Assembly (NCBI GenBank): GCA_027923505.1
Contig: BROI01000008.1
Coordinates: forward strand, 496,001-560,000
Length of the DNA stretch: 64,000 nucleotides
Origin: Mayamaea pseudoterrestris
Lineage: Eukaryota
Direction of reading: 5' to 3'
Position 1 is the stretch's first letter, and each line of letters opens with the position of its first letter. Below the pieces are notes generated by a model that had not been told where the DNA came from, did no database searches, and worked only from the letters and a program-made list of their open reading frames with translations. The position numbers and the translations under genes are program-made. Of the stretch, positions 11,501-21,787 are shown piece after piece.

Positions 11501-14039
11501 ACATAGTTCCTCAATGATATTCAATGATAATCGCATTCATGAGGCGGCGAGATTGCTCCGCTCATCACGGCCAATTTTCTTGCGAGTACCTCGAACAGTC
11601 GAATTGTCTGATCACGATTATGAAAGAATGAAACAAAAGAAGCTGATGTTATTGGCTAGACGATATCTTGCTCTGCCGGTCGGGCGAGGCATGCTATCGA
11701 TTGAGAGTCTGAAACCCATGGCCGCCGAGCCTTTAACAATCCCTAGGCTTTGTCTTAAAGGTCGAGTGCCACCCGCAAACTCTTCTCTTGCCCTTGATGA
11801 CTCCGAATGCCCATCGGATATGCGGGTCTGGCCAGATTTTCACAATGGTGTCGCTGCCGGTCTTCGGCTTACGGGGTGCAAGGAATCAGACGTTGTAATA
11901 GCACGCACATGGATACTTTACAATCAACCCGCTGCAGTTGATCAGCTACAGGAAGGAGAAGAAGCTGGTCAAGAAGCACAGAGAAAGTCTCATTCACATG
12001 GCGGTTTTCTCCTTGCGCTTGGGCTGCGTGGACATCTGACAGCGCTTGAAATGTCGGACGTGTATGATTATTTAATGAGAGGCCAAGTGACAACTACTGT
12101 CGGCATGCTGCTTGGATTGGCAGCAAATCGACGCGGCTCATGCGACCTAGCGGTGTCAAAAATGCTTTGCCTTCATATTCCAAGTCTCATTCCCAATCAT
12201 TTTTCCGCTATTGACGTCGCAAGCACCGTTCAGACGGCAGCAATTACAGGTACAGGGCTTTTATATATCAAAAGTTCGAACCGGATGATTACCGAGTTTC
12301 TGCTCAACGAAATCGGTAGACGCCCGGAAAGTGATTCGGCAGTTTTCGATAGAGAAGCGTACACACTTGCTTGTGGCATAGCACTAGGAATGGTGAATTT
12401 GCGAATCGGCAACAAAAATGATAGCGATGGTAGAGCTCAGGGTCTCGCGGACTTGCACCTTGACGACCGGCTGAATACTTATATAAAAGGTGGCGTGGAC
12501 AAGGAGGAACGTCAACGGAATCGAGAGACTTGGGATCGCTTTAGCATGCCATCTTTAACGTCGAGCGGAGATGGCGAGCATTGTTCGACAGTTTTTGAAG
12601 GCGATCAAGTCAACAATGATCTTACAGCGCCAGCTGCGACTCTGGCGTTGGCTCTCATGTACATGAAAACTGGCAATCAAACTATAGCATTCATGCTTGA
12701 CCTGCCAGATACACAATTCTTACTCGAGTTTATTCGTCCAGACTTTCTGTCGCTTCGGGTCATTGCAAGAACACTAATTCTCTGGAATGACGTTGAACCC
12801 TCGAGCTGGGTAGCGAAGCAAATCCCCAAGGCAATAGCAGAAGCTTATGGGGATATACGTCGCCGAGCTAAACAAGCTATTGGCGGTAACATGGCTGTGG
12901 ATGTGCAAGGAAAAATAAAAGCAGACTATGATCGACGCGCGGTTCGGCAAATGTACATCCTCATCGTAGCTGGAGCTTGTTTTGGACTCGGCCTTCGCTT
13001 TGCGGGTACTGGCGACGAGAGAGCCAAAGCATCAATTATAAAACGCGTCTTGGAGTTGCAGAAGTTGCGAGATTCGAACGACTTGCTGTCCGCAGCTTCT
13101 CGGCCAGAATATTCTATTTTGGAGACATGCCTAGGTTGCACCGCTATATCTCTTGCTATGGTACTGGCAGGGACTGGTGATCTTGATGCTCTTCGCTTGT
13201 TTAAGATTTTGCGTTGGCGTTGCGAAGAAGACTCAACTTACGGCTACCATATGATATACGGAATGTCTATAGGGTTGCTTTTCCTCGGTGGAGGTTCATG
13301 CACTCTTGGTCGTGAACCGGAAGATATTGCAGCTTTGATCGCTTCTTTCTATCCACGCTTCCCAGTGTCTTCTTCTGACAATCAGTACCATCTGCAAGCC
13401 AGTCGCCATCTGTACGCCCTCGCCGTCAAGAGCCGGCTGGTGCGCGCTATAGACGCCGACACCAACGAAATGGTCCGTCTGCCTATTGAAATTCGATTCT
13501 CTGGGGCAGCGTCGGTCCATAGCTTGGTCCCGTGTTTACTACGAAATTCGGACTTTCCCGTGAAAGAGTTTACTTTATTGTCTGACAAGTACTACCCCTT
13601 GACAGTGTCGCTAGTCGGACGATCATCACCTCTCACTTTTTTTGTAAAGAAGAAGATATTTGCCTCTGCTAACTTGACGAAAGTGCAAGCACATTCTTAT
13701 GAAAGCGCAATCGCTCCGATGAGCCCTTATCAGCGATTATTCGCAAAGTATTTCGATGCGGAGAACTATGCGTTCTTGTCACATATAGTAGAAGAGTGTC
13801 AATCGAGTGGGAATGACGAAGCCATTATGTTGTACTTATCCACCTCTCTCCGCTCCAGCTGGGATTTGAAACTATTTCGAACCTTCTACGAGAGACTGCC
13901 AACGACTGGTTGTGGCTGCATAATGAGCATGGAGTTGATGTTACCGTACTTGCTTGAACGGACGGAGCGAGCAGTCGTCAATTCGTATGACTCTGGCGCG
14001 ATACGAAAATATGTCGCCACCATGTATAGCAACTACTAA
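8505..14039 (+). CDS. APC1: Anaphase-promoting complex subunit 1
   Basis: 1844-aa ORF with WPDFHNGVAAGL, HGGFLLALGLRGHL, PC repeats (GACFGLGLRFAGT, LAGTGDL, GLLFLGGG) and DNQYHLQASRHLYALA. Confidence 0.95.
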   Translation: METLDDLGAATVVPDTTMTPLLLKTVWESSMNIANLPDDHIVLEEIVTPHPSEPSASITTLIAEIRTPSSARTVVSVYSGPDGGFNRQLHASFTVQANTTAYPPRKRLCWTSFAHTHALLCVLVNATTVAIYDVYPNNKSTERSDNNWTLTLPFECDAIEALPPLQGAKRSGGGLLLQRKADAGDSLEDDSQFVLKSPPKIWSSQHRQYVQQLGEESLQQVPSLFSMHHPLEDVLPVALDAPSSGGSVFESQHVTDPYEKLLWMGTSHWSREGTRHSQVLAVTYHTLWKRHAVWAVKDAPPPPASQPLHQQTAKLMMANSNQHALHDTYLFPHTIDLVKYTEMPSSSSALNHPPTRQEALADALGVKRTPRTSIEPASGGASHMGRSRPQRSAAHSDIFSPRSSEQVMDQSHASWATNQPQQPSTIHISSNLHDPIGPSAVIHSRVAFECLYMEMSNTSREAKQVFLVANESATGNLMLCLLRPKMNNRSSLLLVQMELSPTTNHLLRVIRHEKDKLLHLECLGAQPMSVAPTPCGVAIERGAMATDLLVLTTDHRLQLYRASQHVVECAVQTVESEEDLSLPVDLADGNMSNRVSLTCRPLRTSDSLLRRMRLQLQGGSVLAEKFLVTLDSAFAYESRTSNCPVVALKIRADVRRLEQRLMDVTSQNIHVLLADFGWISCAAVIFSLAYADLFGQNILLKLRLKQDNRPQSAWDHLKTVKGGSEFTASLSIAVRELEAIGSLAKSYLNRHGWNIGLTAIFFDSLHFLYEECKLCSSSFSFLPKISSIILNLCRLFDPHDTQIQKIFAYYGDECELGSYDVISSNEGGMFLSSDCVTSFKTPTSLFSWVERMLIGKPHIHSVAEFRGDDINPSCFKTKSVFRILSSLADLQRREHCGPSIITALLEEGFLSPKLVLEQLPPGFALLCLEMLYQHRSDPNIDQFSEWLPSAWLLVGRDDIAKNIAMQDSDNCLPKLLEFQHEREKNCLADNDGDGLVPIEHSSSMIFNDNRIHEAARLLRSSRPIFLRVPRTVELSDHDYERMKQKKLMLLARRYLALPVGRGMLSIESLKPMAAEPLTIPRLCLKGRVPPANSSLALDDSECPSDMRVWPDFHNGVAAGLRLTGCKESDVVIARTWILYNQPAAVDQLQEGEEAGQEAQRKSHSHGGFLLALGLRGHLTALEMSDVYDYLMRGQVTTTVGMLLGLAANRRGSCDLAVSKMLCLHIPSLIPNHFSAIDVASTVQTAAITGTGLLYIKSSNRMITEFLLNEIGRRPESDSAVFDREAYTLACGIALGMVNLRIGNKNDSDGRAQGLADLHLDDRLNTYIKGGVDKEERQRNRETWDRFSMPSLTSSGDGEHCSTVFEGDQVNNDLTAPAATLALALMYMKTGNQTIAFMLDLPDTQFLLEFIRPDFLSLRVIARTLILWNDVEPSSWVAKQIPKAIAEAYGDIRRRAKQAIGGNMAVDVQGKIKADYDRRAVRQMYILIVAGACFGLGLRFAGTGDERAKASIIKRVLELQKLRDSNDLLSAASRPEYSILETCLGCTAISLAMVLAGTGDLDALRLFKILRWRCEEDSTYGYHMIYGMSIGLLFLGGGSCTLGREPEDIAALIASFYPRFPVSSSDNQYHLQASRHLYALAVKSRLVRAIDADTNEMVRLPIEIRFSGAASVHSLVPCLLRNSDFPVKEFTLLSDKYYPLTVSLVGRSSPLTFFVKKKIFASANLTKVQAHSYESAIAPMSPYQRLFAKYFDAENYAFLSHIVEECQSSGNDEAIMLYLSTSLRSSWDLKLFRTFYERLPTTGCGCIMSMELMLPYLLERTERAVVNSYDSGAIRKYVATMYSNY

Positions 14040-14076
14040 GTCGGATTTAGCTTCAATGACAATAAACTGCACTAAT

Positions 14077-14793
14077 TTAAAGCGCTGTTCCTCGTTCCAA
14101 ATTCTGCTGAATTTCCTTAACATGATCCTGAAAGTTGCGATCAAGCTTCTTGTTAAACTCCTTGTTTCGTTTGTTAATGTGACCTGCAACGTCTTCCTCC
14201 TTGTCCTTCTTGTTAGCCTCATTCTTTCGTTTCTTCTCATTTCGTCGCTGCATTTCCTGCGCCAATCGATGAGCTCCCTGTCGCTCGTCCTCCTTGTTGC
14301 GCATCGTCATGAGCGGATCAAACGTGCTTGCGTCGGTTGCTCTATTGCTGGTGGCTGAAGAGGGATGGACACTCTTGAGACTTCGCTGATACTGACGATG
14401 TTGCGCCTCAGGGTTATGGTAGTCGTGCATGGAATGTCGGGCCGCTTCCTGTCGGTCGGCTCGGCGCTCAGCGCGCTGAATGGCATCAGCCGCTTGCAGC
14501 GATGTGACAGGGTTAGCCTTGTCCTTTTTGCCTTGTCCGCTAGAGTTGTTTGAACGAGCATGAGTCGAACCTTCTTCTTGAACAGCTTGTCTATTAAGCT
14601 GACGAGCTTGATTCATTTTTAGTAGTAGTTTTTGCATGCGGAGTTGATGTGGCGTGAGTTCTTTCGCGGGTGGTGCCTCCGTCAGATTAGCTCCGCTTTC
14701 CTCGTGCGGCGGTTCTCCACCAACTTTCGCATCATCATTGAGCGGAATTTCGCTGTCATCTTCATCAAACGCTTCGTTGTTACTCGCGTCCAT
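14077..14793 (-). CDS. SYF2: Pre-mRNA splicing factor SYF2
   Basis: C-terminal HINKRNKEFNKKLDRNF...EIQQNLERGTAL* matches the SYF2 signature; N-terminal ARQLNRQAV. Confidence 0.92.
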   Translation of the reverse strand: MDASNNEAFDEDDSEIPLNDDAKVGGEPPHEESGANLTEAPPAKELTPHQLRMQKLLLKMNQARQLNRQAVQEEGSTHARSNNSSGQGKKDKANPVTSLQAADAIQRAERRADRQEAARHSMHDYHNPEAQHRQYQRSLKSVHPSSATSNRATDASTFDPLMTMRNKEDERQGAHRLAQEMQRRNEKKRKNEANKKDKEEDVAGHINKRNKEFNKKLDRNFQDHVKEIQQNLERGTAL

Positions 14794-14990
14794 GATACTT
14801 TAATGCTTAAAAATTGTGCTGCATGGAAAGGCCGAAGTTGTGCGCAGCGCCATGGCTCAGGCTGGTCGACGCTAGCCATTCTAAGTACCGGAAAGACGAC
14901 ATGACGTTTTCATCATTCATTGCGCTCAAAACCTATCACGTGACAACCACTGCGCAACGAGATCATTCTTCGTTCTTTGCCTTCATCACC

Positions 14991-16409
14991 ATGAGGGTTC
15001 TTACAGGCGATGAATGCGGCATTTTAAAAGAAACTCTACCAAATCTCAAGAAAGAAAAGATTGTATGTTTGCCGTCGACTGCATCCCGCCGCAAAGGCGT
15101 CGTTAGCTTGGCTTGGACAAACAAGGATCAAGACGTTTCGACGGATCAGCAGTTTGCCTCGCTGCATCTTGATGCGACAGTTACACTATGGGAACGATCC
15201 AATGAGTCAACACGAAGTTTTTCCAAATATCATTCACTTCGAGAGATATGCAATGTATTCAAAGACTGCACTGTCAGTGAAACTAATCGCCCGCTGGGAC
15301 TTGCTGCGATTGGTGACGACCGCCTCCTCGCCTGCAACACTTTTGGCCAAGCTACAATAGTCAAGCCACTGGCGCCAGAACCGATTGTACAACGCTTTGA
15401 AACAGTATCAATACCGCAGATAGGCACTGTCGAATCCAAACATGAACTACTTTCTTGCATGGCGGTTCACACTGAAAGCAACAAGCTTGCATTGGGAGGC
15501 AAGGATCGAGAAACCATCATTATTGATACGGCATCTACCAAGCAAATATTCAAGTGCAAAAATTTACCTTCAGATCCACAAACTTTACTCGCTCCCCTTG
15601 TTTGGCCAACCTGCATTGAATTCATGGGCGAAAATGGCGGCAATACGTTTGCCGTCGGAACTGCTCACCATGAGGTGCGAATCTATGACGCGCGCGTTGC
15701 TCGACGACCAGTCCAGTACACACCCGACCATCTTTTGGAGTATCGCGTCACTGCACTATGCCACAACACGAAACATCACGAACACGAGATTTTTGTTGGC
15801 GATGCCGCCGGAACAATCCTAAAGCTGGATCTCCGAGCACTGGGTCGAGGCACCTGCAAGGTGAATCCGTTACGCTACGTTGGGCCTGGCGGGTCGGTGC
15901 GTGGATTGAAAGTGCGAGAGAATAAGCTTGTGGCGGTTGGGCTTGATCGCATGCTGCGAGTTTACGATGTCAAGACGACAAGGGAAATAGAGAGCATATA
16001 TATGAAGCAACGGATGAATTGTATTCTGCTTGGGCGAGAGCCATGGGAGACCGACGAGGAGGTTGCTGATGATGGCGATATTGATCAGGAGGATATAGTG
16101 CGTGACTATGTGGATTCTGACCAAGAGGAGGAGGAGGAGGAGGACGACGACGACGACGACGAGGGAGACGGCGGCGCTGATGATGACGGTGAAGATAGCG
16201 CCAGTAGTGGCGACGAGCTAGACGATGACGATACAAAACATAACTTTGACGCAGACAAAGTGCTTTACCGCAAAGAAGGTGAAGGTTCAAGTGACGATGA
16301 TGCATCATCGCCGGATGAGGTCGCGTCGCCGGAAAATAACGACCAGGATGTGGAACCTCTTGCCAAAAAGACCCAGTCGCCACTAGCTAGAAAGCGTCAA
16401 AAGAGATAA
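14991..16409 (+). CDS. WDR74: WD-repeat ribosome biogenesis factor WDR74/NSA1
   Basis: Start MRVLTGDECGILK, then LALGGKD, FKCKNLPSD..L..P.W, VRIYDAR..RRPV, VGLDRMLRVYD and YMKQRMNCIL, followed by an acidic tail with basic end. Confidence 0.85.
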   Translation: MRVLTGDECGILKETLPNLKKEKIVCLPSTASRRKGVVSLAWTNKDQDVSTDQQFASLHLDATVTLWERSNESTRSFSKYHSLREICNVFKDCTVSETNRPLGLAAIGDDRLLACNTFGQATIVKPLAPEPIVQRFETVSIPQIGTVESKHELLSCMAVHTESNKLALGGKDRETIIIDTASTKQIFKCKNLPSDPQTLLAPLVWPTCIEFMGENGGNTFAVGTAHHEVRIYDARVARRPVQYTPDHLLEYRVTALCHNTKHHEHEIFVGDAAGTILKLDLRALGRGTCKVNPLRYVGPGGSVRGLKVRENKLVAVGLDRMLRVYDVKTTREIESIYMKQRMNCILLGREPWETDEEVADDGDIDQEDIVRDYVDSDQEEEEEEDDDDDDEGDGGADDDGEDSASSGDELDDDDTKHNFDADKVLYRKEGEGSSDDDASSPDEVASPENNDQDVEPLAKKTQSPLARKRQKR

Positions 16410-16433
16410 CTCACTTAAATTGATTAACATGAA

Positions 16434-16978
16434 TTACGAAACAATTCTAATCATGGTCGATCGAATCAAATCCAGTATTTCCTCGATCGCTGCCTCGGGA
16501 AATCTCGATAAAGATGGTATGAGAGCAATCGCTTCTTCCGTGAGACTGTCAGTTGAAATGAGGTTCATGAGCGCAGCTACTTCGTAGCTGTGTAGCTCTA
16601 ATTCTAGTCCGTCATCAGTCTCTTTGCGAAACGTGGTCAACGCTCTGTCATGGAATTGAAAGCAGCCGTGAGGAAGATTTGCGTGACATGCGACTTCACA
16701 TCACTTGGTACTCGTCCTTACTCCTGCAAATTGTCCAACTCCTCCACAATTTCTTGATGCGGCTTTTCTGGATTTGTCATGGTATTAAATCGGCTCGTAT
16801 ACTTTTGGGTTTGACGATAGACATCGTTAAGTTCCTCGTCGCGCGTGACAGCCGTGTTGGCCGAAACCTGCAAGACGACAGCTACTTGCGCATTTGATAA
16901 TATGTGAATGTCTCTAAATTCGTCACCCAACTTGAGATCAGCAACATTTTCATTGTGAGCAGCGTCGCCACCGGCCAT
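16434..16978 (-). CDS. RPB4: RNA polymerase II subunit RPB4 (2 exons)
   Basis: Exon 1 ENVADLKLGDEFRDIHILSNAQV...TQKYTSRF, short GT-AG intron (~16645-16721), exon 2 LHSYEVAALMNL...EEAIALIPSL. Confidence 0.82.
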
Positions 16979-17375
16979 GCTGCAATGGACAGGAAAGACG
17001 AAGCAAGCAAGAATCTCGTGGCGTGTTGTGTGGTTTGTGGGCGAGCGGAAGATTTGACGATGTCGCACCATCACTTCAAAGTTATCACGGTGCGACCTAT
17101 AGCGTCCTCGGAACAAGCGCGGCGTTTTTGCATCCGATTCTTCAAGAATCGCTGCAGGCACTCTTGGCGCCGCTTGTACTGTACTCGTCAACCTGACTAT
17201 TTTATTGCTACACCAAAGATCTTTACAGCTGTACAATAGCGAGTATACAAGACAGCCTTTGCTTGAATTGTAAAAGTCTGCGTATAAATATTTGCCAAAA
17301 GGTTGGACTTCATAGCTCGCTGCTGTCGCTGCTTCTCATTGATTCCTGACACCTCCGATTCTATCAGTATCCATC

Positions 17376-18020
17376 ATGTCGTCTACTCCATTGTACGTCT
17401 CCAACCCCGAGCAGTGGCTCGATGAAACCGTCAAGGGTGACATGGTTGGCCTTGTCATTTTCCGAGGTAGCTGGTGCAAGTTTGATCGCTACTACCTTCG
17501 CAAGCTTGGCCAGTTTATCAAGCACAAGCGAGAGAATGGTGAAGCGATCAAGCTGATTGCTTGGACGTCCGGCGGAGCGCAAGACGCGAAAAAGGCTGAC
17601 GAAGAGTGGGGACTTACCAAGGATTGTGGCTACAGTGAGGTGATTGGCGATGAAACGGCGGCACTCGCAAAATATATGATTGAGGATGAGCTCCTTCCAA
17701 ATCTTGTCATTGTCAAGGATCCAAAGACGGAGGCGAACCTTCGCGACTTACCAAATGACTCTTACCCGAATGGCCTTGTCATGGCCGGACAAGTGTGGTG
17801 GGCACATCGTGGAACAGTATGCTTCGAATGGACAAGCAAGGTGGAGCCCCCGTCGTATGGAGGACCTTATCGTCCGGACCCAGCCTTTGTGTTTGAGCAG
17901 GTGCAAAAGAGGAAGCATGCACTCGAGCACGGAAATGCAGTCATGCCGGCACACGGGAACGATTTAAAAATGTGCGCCGGCGAGATGGAGGTAAACGCTG
18001 CTGGGTGTTCCATCTTGTAA
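17376..18020 (+). CDS. AhpC/TSA (peroxiredoxin-like) thioredoxin-fold protein with CxxD site and C-terminal CaaX
   Basis: LVIFRGSWCKFDRYYL resembles the FRGxWCPxC motif. It also has a C-terminal GGPYRPDP...V and ends in CSIL*. Confidence 0.65.
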   Translation: MSSTPLYVSNPEQWLDETVKGDMVGLVIFRGSWCKFDRYYLRKLGQFIKHKRENGEAIKLIAWTSGGAQDAKKADEEWGLTKDCGYSEVIGDETAALAKYMIEDELLPNLVIVKDPKTEANLRDLPNDSYPNGLVMAGQVWWAHRGTVCFEWTSKVEPPSYGGPYRPDPAFVFEQVQKRKHALEHGNAVMPAHGNDLKMCAGEMEVNAAGCSIL

Positions 18021-18482
18021 TGATGCCACTTGACATGATCTACTAGAGCATTCTTTATGAGACTTTTGATATTTTAGCTACCTGTAAAACCCAGTGGTCA
18101 GCACTACATCTTACCATCCCAGCTGATGGATTCAAATGTCAGAGAGTGCCTTGGAGACCTGGCATGCCTCACTGCTCATTGGTTTATTCGTACCCACTGA
18201 TTAACTTTGAGGCTCAGAAACAAATTATGCAGACCGCAAGACCCTTTAAGCATCATTTTCCATGGCTCCATCTATCCCTTTAGGTTTACGAATTGAATAT
18301 CAGAGGTTCTTGGAGGTCTGTCAAGCTTTTGGCCAGCTAATACATCAATGTTCGGAATCTCGTGTATTATTATTATGCGTAGCACCCCCAATCACCCCCG
18401 GTGAATGACCCCGCAGTGACATCACTCGTCGACGACCGCACACAAGAAACAGATCCTGCGACCTGACCACTCTATTGTCACC

Positions 18483-19961
18483 ATGATGCTTCGCTGCGGC
18501 CGCTTTGTGGCGACTCAGGCCAGTAAAGTCTTGAACCGATCCTTAGCGACGCGTCGCCGCGTTAAGACGGAAATCGCTCCTCAGGTTCTTAACAACCTGT
18601 TGACTTTTGATGAGGTCGATGCGACACCATCCTCCTCCGACCCAGCCGTTTACATTCGTTCGCCCGTTTCTTCGGCTTACTGTATTGACTTGGACAAGAA
18701 GCAACTTTCTGCACTGGACTCTGTTGCGATCAGTCCTAGCGGCAAGGTTGTCCATGGCATGTTTGGAGAGCTTCCAGATGCTGCCTTATCCATTCCATTG
18801 GAATACTTGGCGCTTTTACGCCCAGCCGCTGAAGGTGCTGCGGCGTTACGAGCAATTGACAAGGGCAACCACGGTACCTTGTTGATCTACGGAGCTGGCG
18901 AAGCGAGTGGTTTAGCTGCTGCGCAAATGGCGTCGGCGAAGGGACACGCGGTCGTGGCGGTTGTTGGAGCGGAACAGTCAGGGAACGATACCATGGTGGA
19001 ATGCATCAAGGGTTTGGTCAAAGAACCTGGAACGGCTGTTCCGGAAGAGTACGCTTTATCCAAAGCGAATTTTAAGAATCTCGTCCATTCTATTTCATCG
19101 GGTGACGAAGGAATCGAAAAGGTGTCTGCCGAAGTATACTTGCAGGACTTTAAGTTTAATTTGCTGGACTACGTTCAAACTTACCCCGCTTCAAGACCTG
19201 CTGCAGTGTCGCAAGAACATCTTGAATTCAAGTACATGGAGAAGGACCGAGAGTTCTTTGAAACTAATATGGAAGCCTATCTCAGTCAATATCCTCCCGG
19301 TTCACCGCCCATTGACCAAGCCAAGCTCGACGCCTTCTTTTCAACGGAGCAGTATGAGATCTTTCGCAAAAAGTTTTGGAAACAAACGACAGGAGTTATT
19401 TCTGGGGATGAGACTCCCTTTTCTCCACCTCACCTTGTCAAGCAGCAGATTGAAGCGCCGGAATCCATGTCCCATCAAACGTTTCCCGGCGTTGGTCAAG
19501 ACATGCCATATTCGTTTTCCATCTTGAACTCATCCTTCCCATCGGGCGCGCAACAAAAGGCGGGCGGACCCATAATGGGCGCCATCATTGTCGCAACGCC
19601 CAATTTGAAGGCTGCCTGGGACAAGGTTTCTGTAGCAAAAACACTTCGAGCCAAGGGAGAAGCCATGCAGTTTCTGACAAACTCGCAACGCGCCGCCTTT
19701 ACTTCTGCCAATAGCGTGGCACAGCAAGCGCAAGCAGCCGGCGCGCCAGTTGTCATTGCTGGGGATGGTTCAATTAAGGTGACGGATGCGGATGTCACGG
19801 AGGCGATTGCTGCCATGGACATAGACGAGTCTGGTGAGAGTCGATTGAACTACTTTGTGCAAGTGTACCGAGCCGTCGACTATCCGTTCTATGCTGAATA
19901 CGCGATCCACCGGGCATCCGAGGAATTAGCTGGTCCGCGGCAAATTATTGTAACAAAGTAG
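18483..19961 (+). CDS. Mitochondria-targeted hypothetical protein with a medium-chain dehydrogenase/reductase-like Rossmann segment
   Basis: Presequence MMLRCGRFVATQASKVLNRSLATRRR. TLLIYGAGEASGLAAAQMASAKGHAVVAVV resembles the NAD(P)H-binding strand-helix of enoyl/quinone reductases. Confidence 0.55.
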   Translation: MMLRCGRFVATQASKVLNRSLATRRRVKTEIAPQVLNNLLTFDEVDATPSSSDPAVYIRSPVSSAYCIDLDKKQLSALDSVAISPSGKVVHGMFGELPDAALSIPLEYLALLRPAAEGAAALRAIDKGNHGTLLIYGAGEASGLAAAQMASAKGHAVVAVVGAEQSGNDTMVECIKGLVKEPGTAVPEEYALSKANFKNLVHSISSGDEGIEKVSAEVYLQDFKFNLLDYVQTYPASRPAAVSQEHLEFKYMEKDREFFETNMEAYLSQYPPGSPPIDQAKLDAFFSTEQYEIFRKKFWKQTTGVISGDETPFSPPHLVKQQIEAPESMSHQTFPGVGQDMPYSFSILNSSFPSGAQQKAGGPIMGAIIVATPNLKAAWDKVSVAKTLRAKGEAMQFLTNSQRAAFTSANSVAQQAQAAGAPVVIAGDGSIKVTDADVTEAIAAMDIDESGESRLNYFVQVYRAVDYPFYAEYAIHRASEELAGPRQIIVTK

Positions 19962-20249
19962 CACCTTTTGCTAACGACGTTATTCATTTTACCGCATGCG
20001 GGTTGTAGCGCGTAACAAGCAACTTACAAACGTGCCAACATGCACGTCTCCGTAATCAGTTGATGAGTGCGTGTGAATACAAATGCCACACAAAACAAAG
20101 GATATTGTGTGTAAAGATATTATATAAAAAGGTTGATACGAAGGTAGGTTTGCGAGTAAGCATTCATGAACAGCGTACACTATCTACGTGGCCTTCGACA
20201 AAAGGAGCTCCTCCAAAACTATTTCCTCTACCAATACGTAGATCTCTAC

Positions 20250-20866
<617 letters not shown>

Positions 20867-21062
20867 GGTCAAAGTTGTAATGTGTTGCTGCTGGCACCTT
20901 CGAAGTTCTGCGGAACTGGGCGCGCTGCCATGACGAGGATCGACTCACGAGAGATCGAATGATGGTGTGACAACTTTTAAAACCATCCGACATTTGTGTT
21001 GTGTGGACAATCGCCACGCTGCAGTCGCGTCCTTCGTCCTTCATCACTCATCATTTTTGACC

Positions 21063-21749
21063 ATGGATCCCACCGCTGCCAATTCTGAATCGAGCAGCAG
21101 CGACCGACTAGCTCCTCGGACCAGCGGCCGTCGATTCCGACGTCAACAAGCGGGCATGGATGGAGAAAAATTGCGAGAATTGGAATCAGACTTTCGTCGA
21201 CGGCCGAGCGAGGACGTCGAAACTCAAATTGTCGCAGCAATCAACGCGCGAAAGAAGCAAGCCAATCTTGCGCTCACCGACGAAGAAGCGCCAGGAGAAA
21301 CTGAAATTCTTGGCAACTATGAGTATCTTGATCATACGGCCGACATTCAACTCCACAGCTGGGGGGCGTCATTCGAGGACGCTTTAATGATGCAAGTGAT
21401 TGCAATGTTTGGTTACATGACAAAGCTAAGTCTTGTGCAAGTTGATGAACAAGTAAGCAAGGATCACGCTACGGACATACAAGCACATGGTCATGATTTG
21501 CAAAGTTTGGTATTTGCATTTCTCCAAGAGTGGCTCACAGTCTTTCACGAATGTGGCTTCATCGTACGTGAGCTCTACAATGTTCGCTTTAATCGGCAGC
21601 AATGGACGATCAAATCGTCAGCTCGAGGTGAAGCCTTCAATTCGGCAAAGCATACCCAAGGAACAGAAGTCAAGGCCGTTACCTACAGCAATCTTAGCGT
21701 CACAGAAACGGAGGAGCGATGTGATATATGGGTGATCGTCGATATTTAA
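21063..21749 (+). CDS. Archease (RtcB tRNA-ligase cofactor) with N-terminal extension
   Basis: YEYLDHTADIQLHSWG...GHDLQSLVFAFLQEWL...GE.F...KH.QGTEVKAVTYS...VIVDI* are archease signature motifs. Confidence 0.92.
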   Translation: MDPTAANSESSSSDRLAPRTSGRRFRRQQAGMDGEKLRELESDFRRRPSEDVETQIVAAINARKKQANLALTDEEAPGETEILGNYEYLDHTADIQLHSWGASFEDALMMQVIAMFGYMTKLSLVQVDEQVSKDHATDIQAHGHDLQSLVFAFLQEWLTVFHECGFIVRELYNVRFNRQQWTIKSSARGEAFNSAKHTQGTEVKAVTYSNLSVTETEERCDIWVIVDI

Positions 21750-21787
21750 CCGCTACAATACTTCATTCTACAATCGACTAAACAATT

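Noticed and set aside
8689..13588. Numerous short overlapping or antisense ORFs in the track (here within APC1, and similarly elsewhere)
   Set aside because: Shadow frames of long real genes, with no recognisable motifs.
16065..16240. GAG/GAC trinucleotide runs
   Set aside because: They encode the ordinary acidic tail of WDR74.
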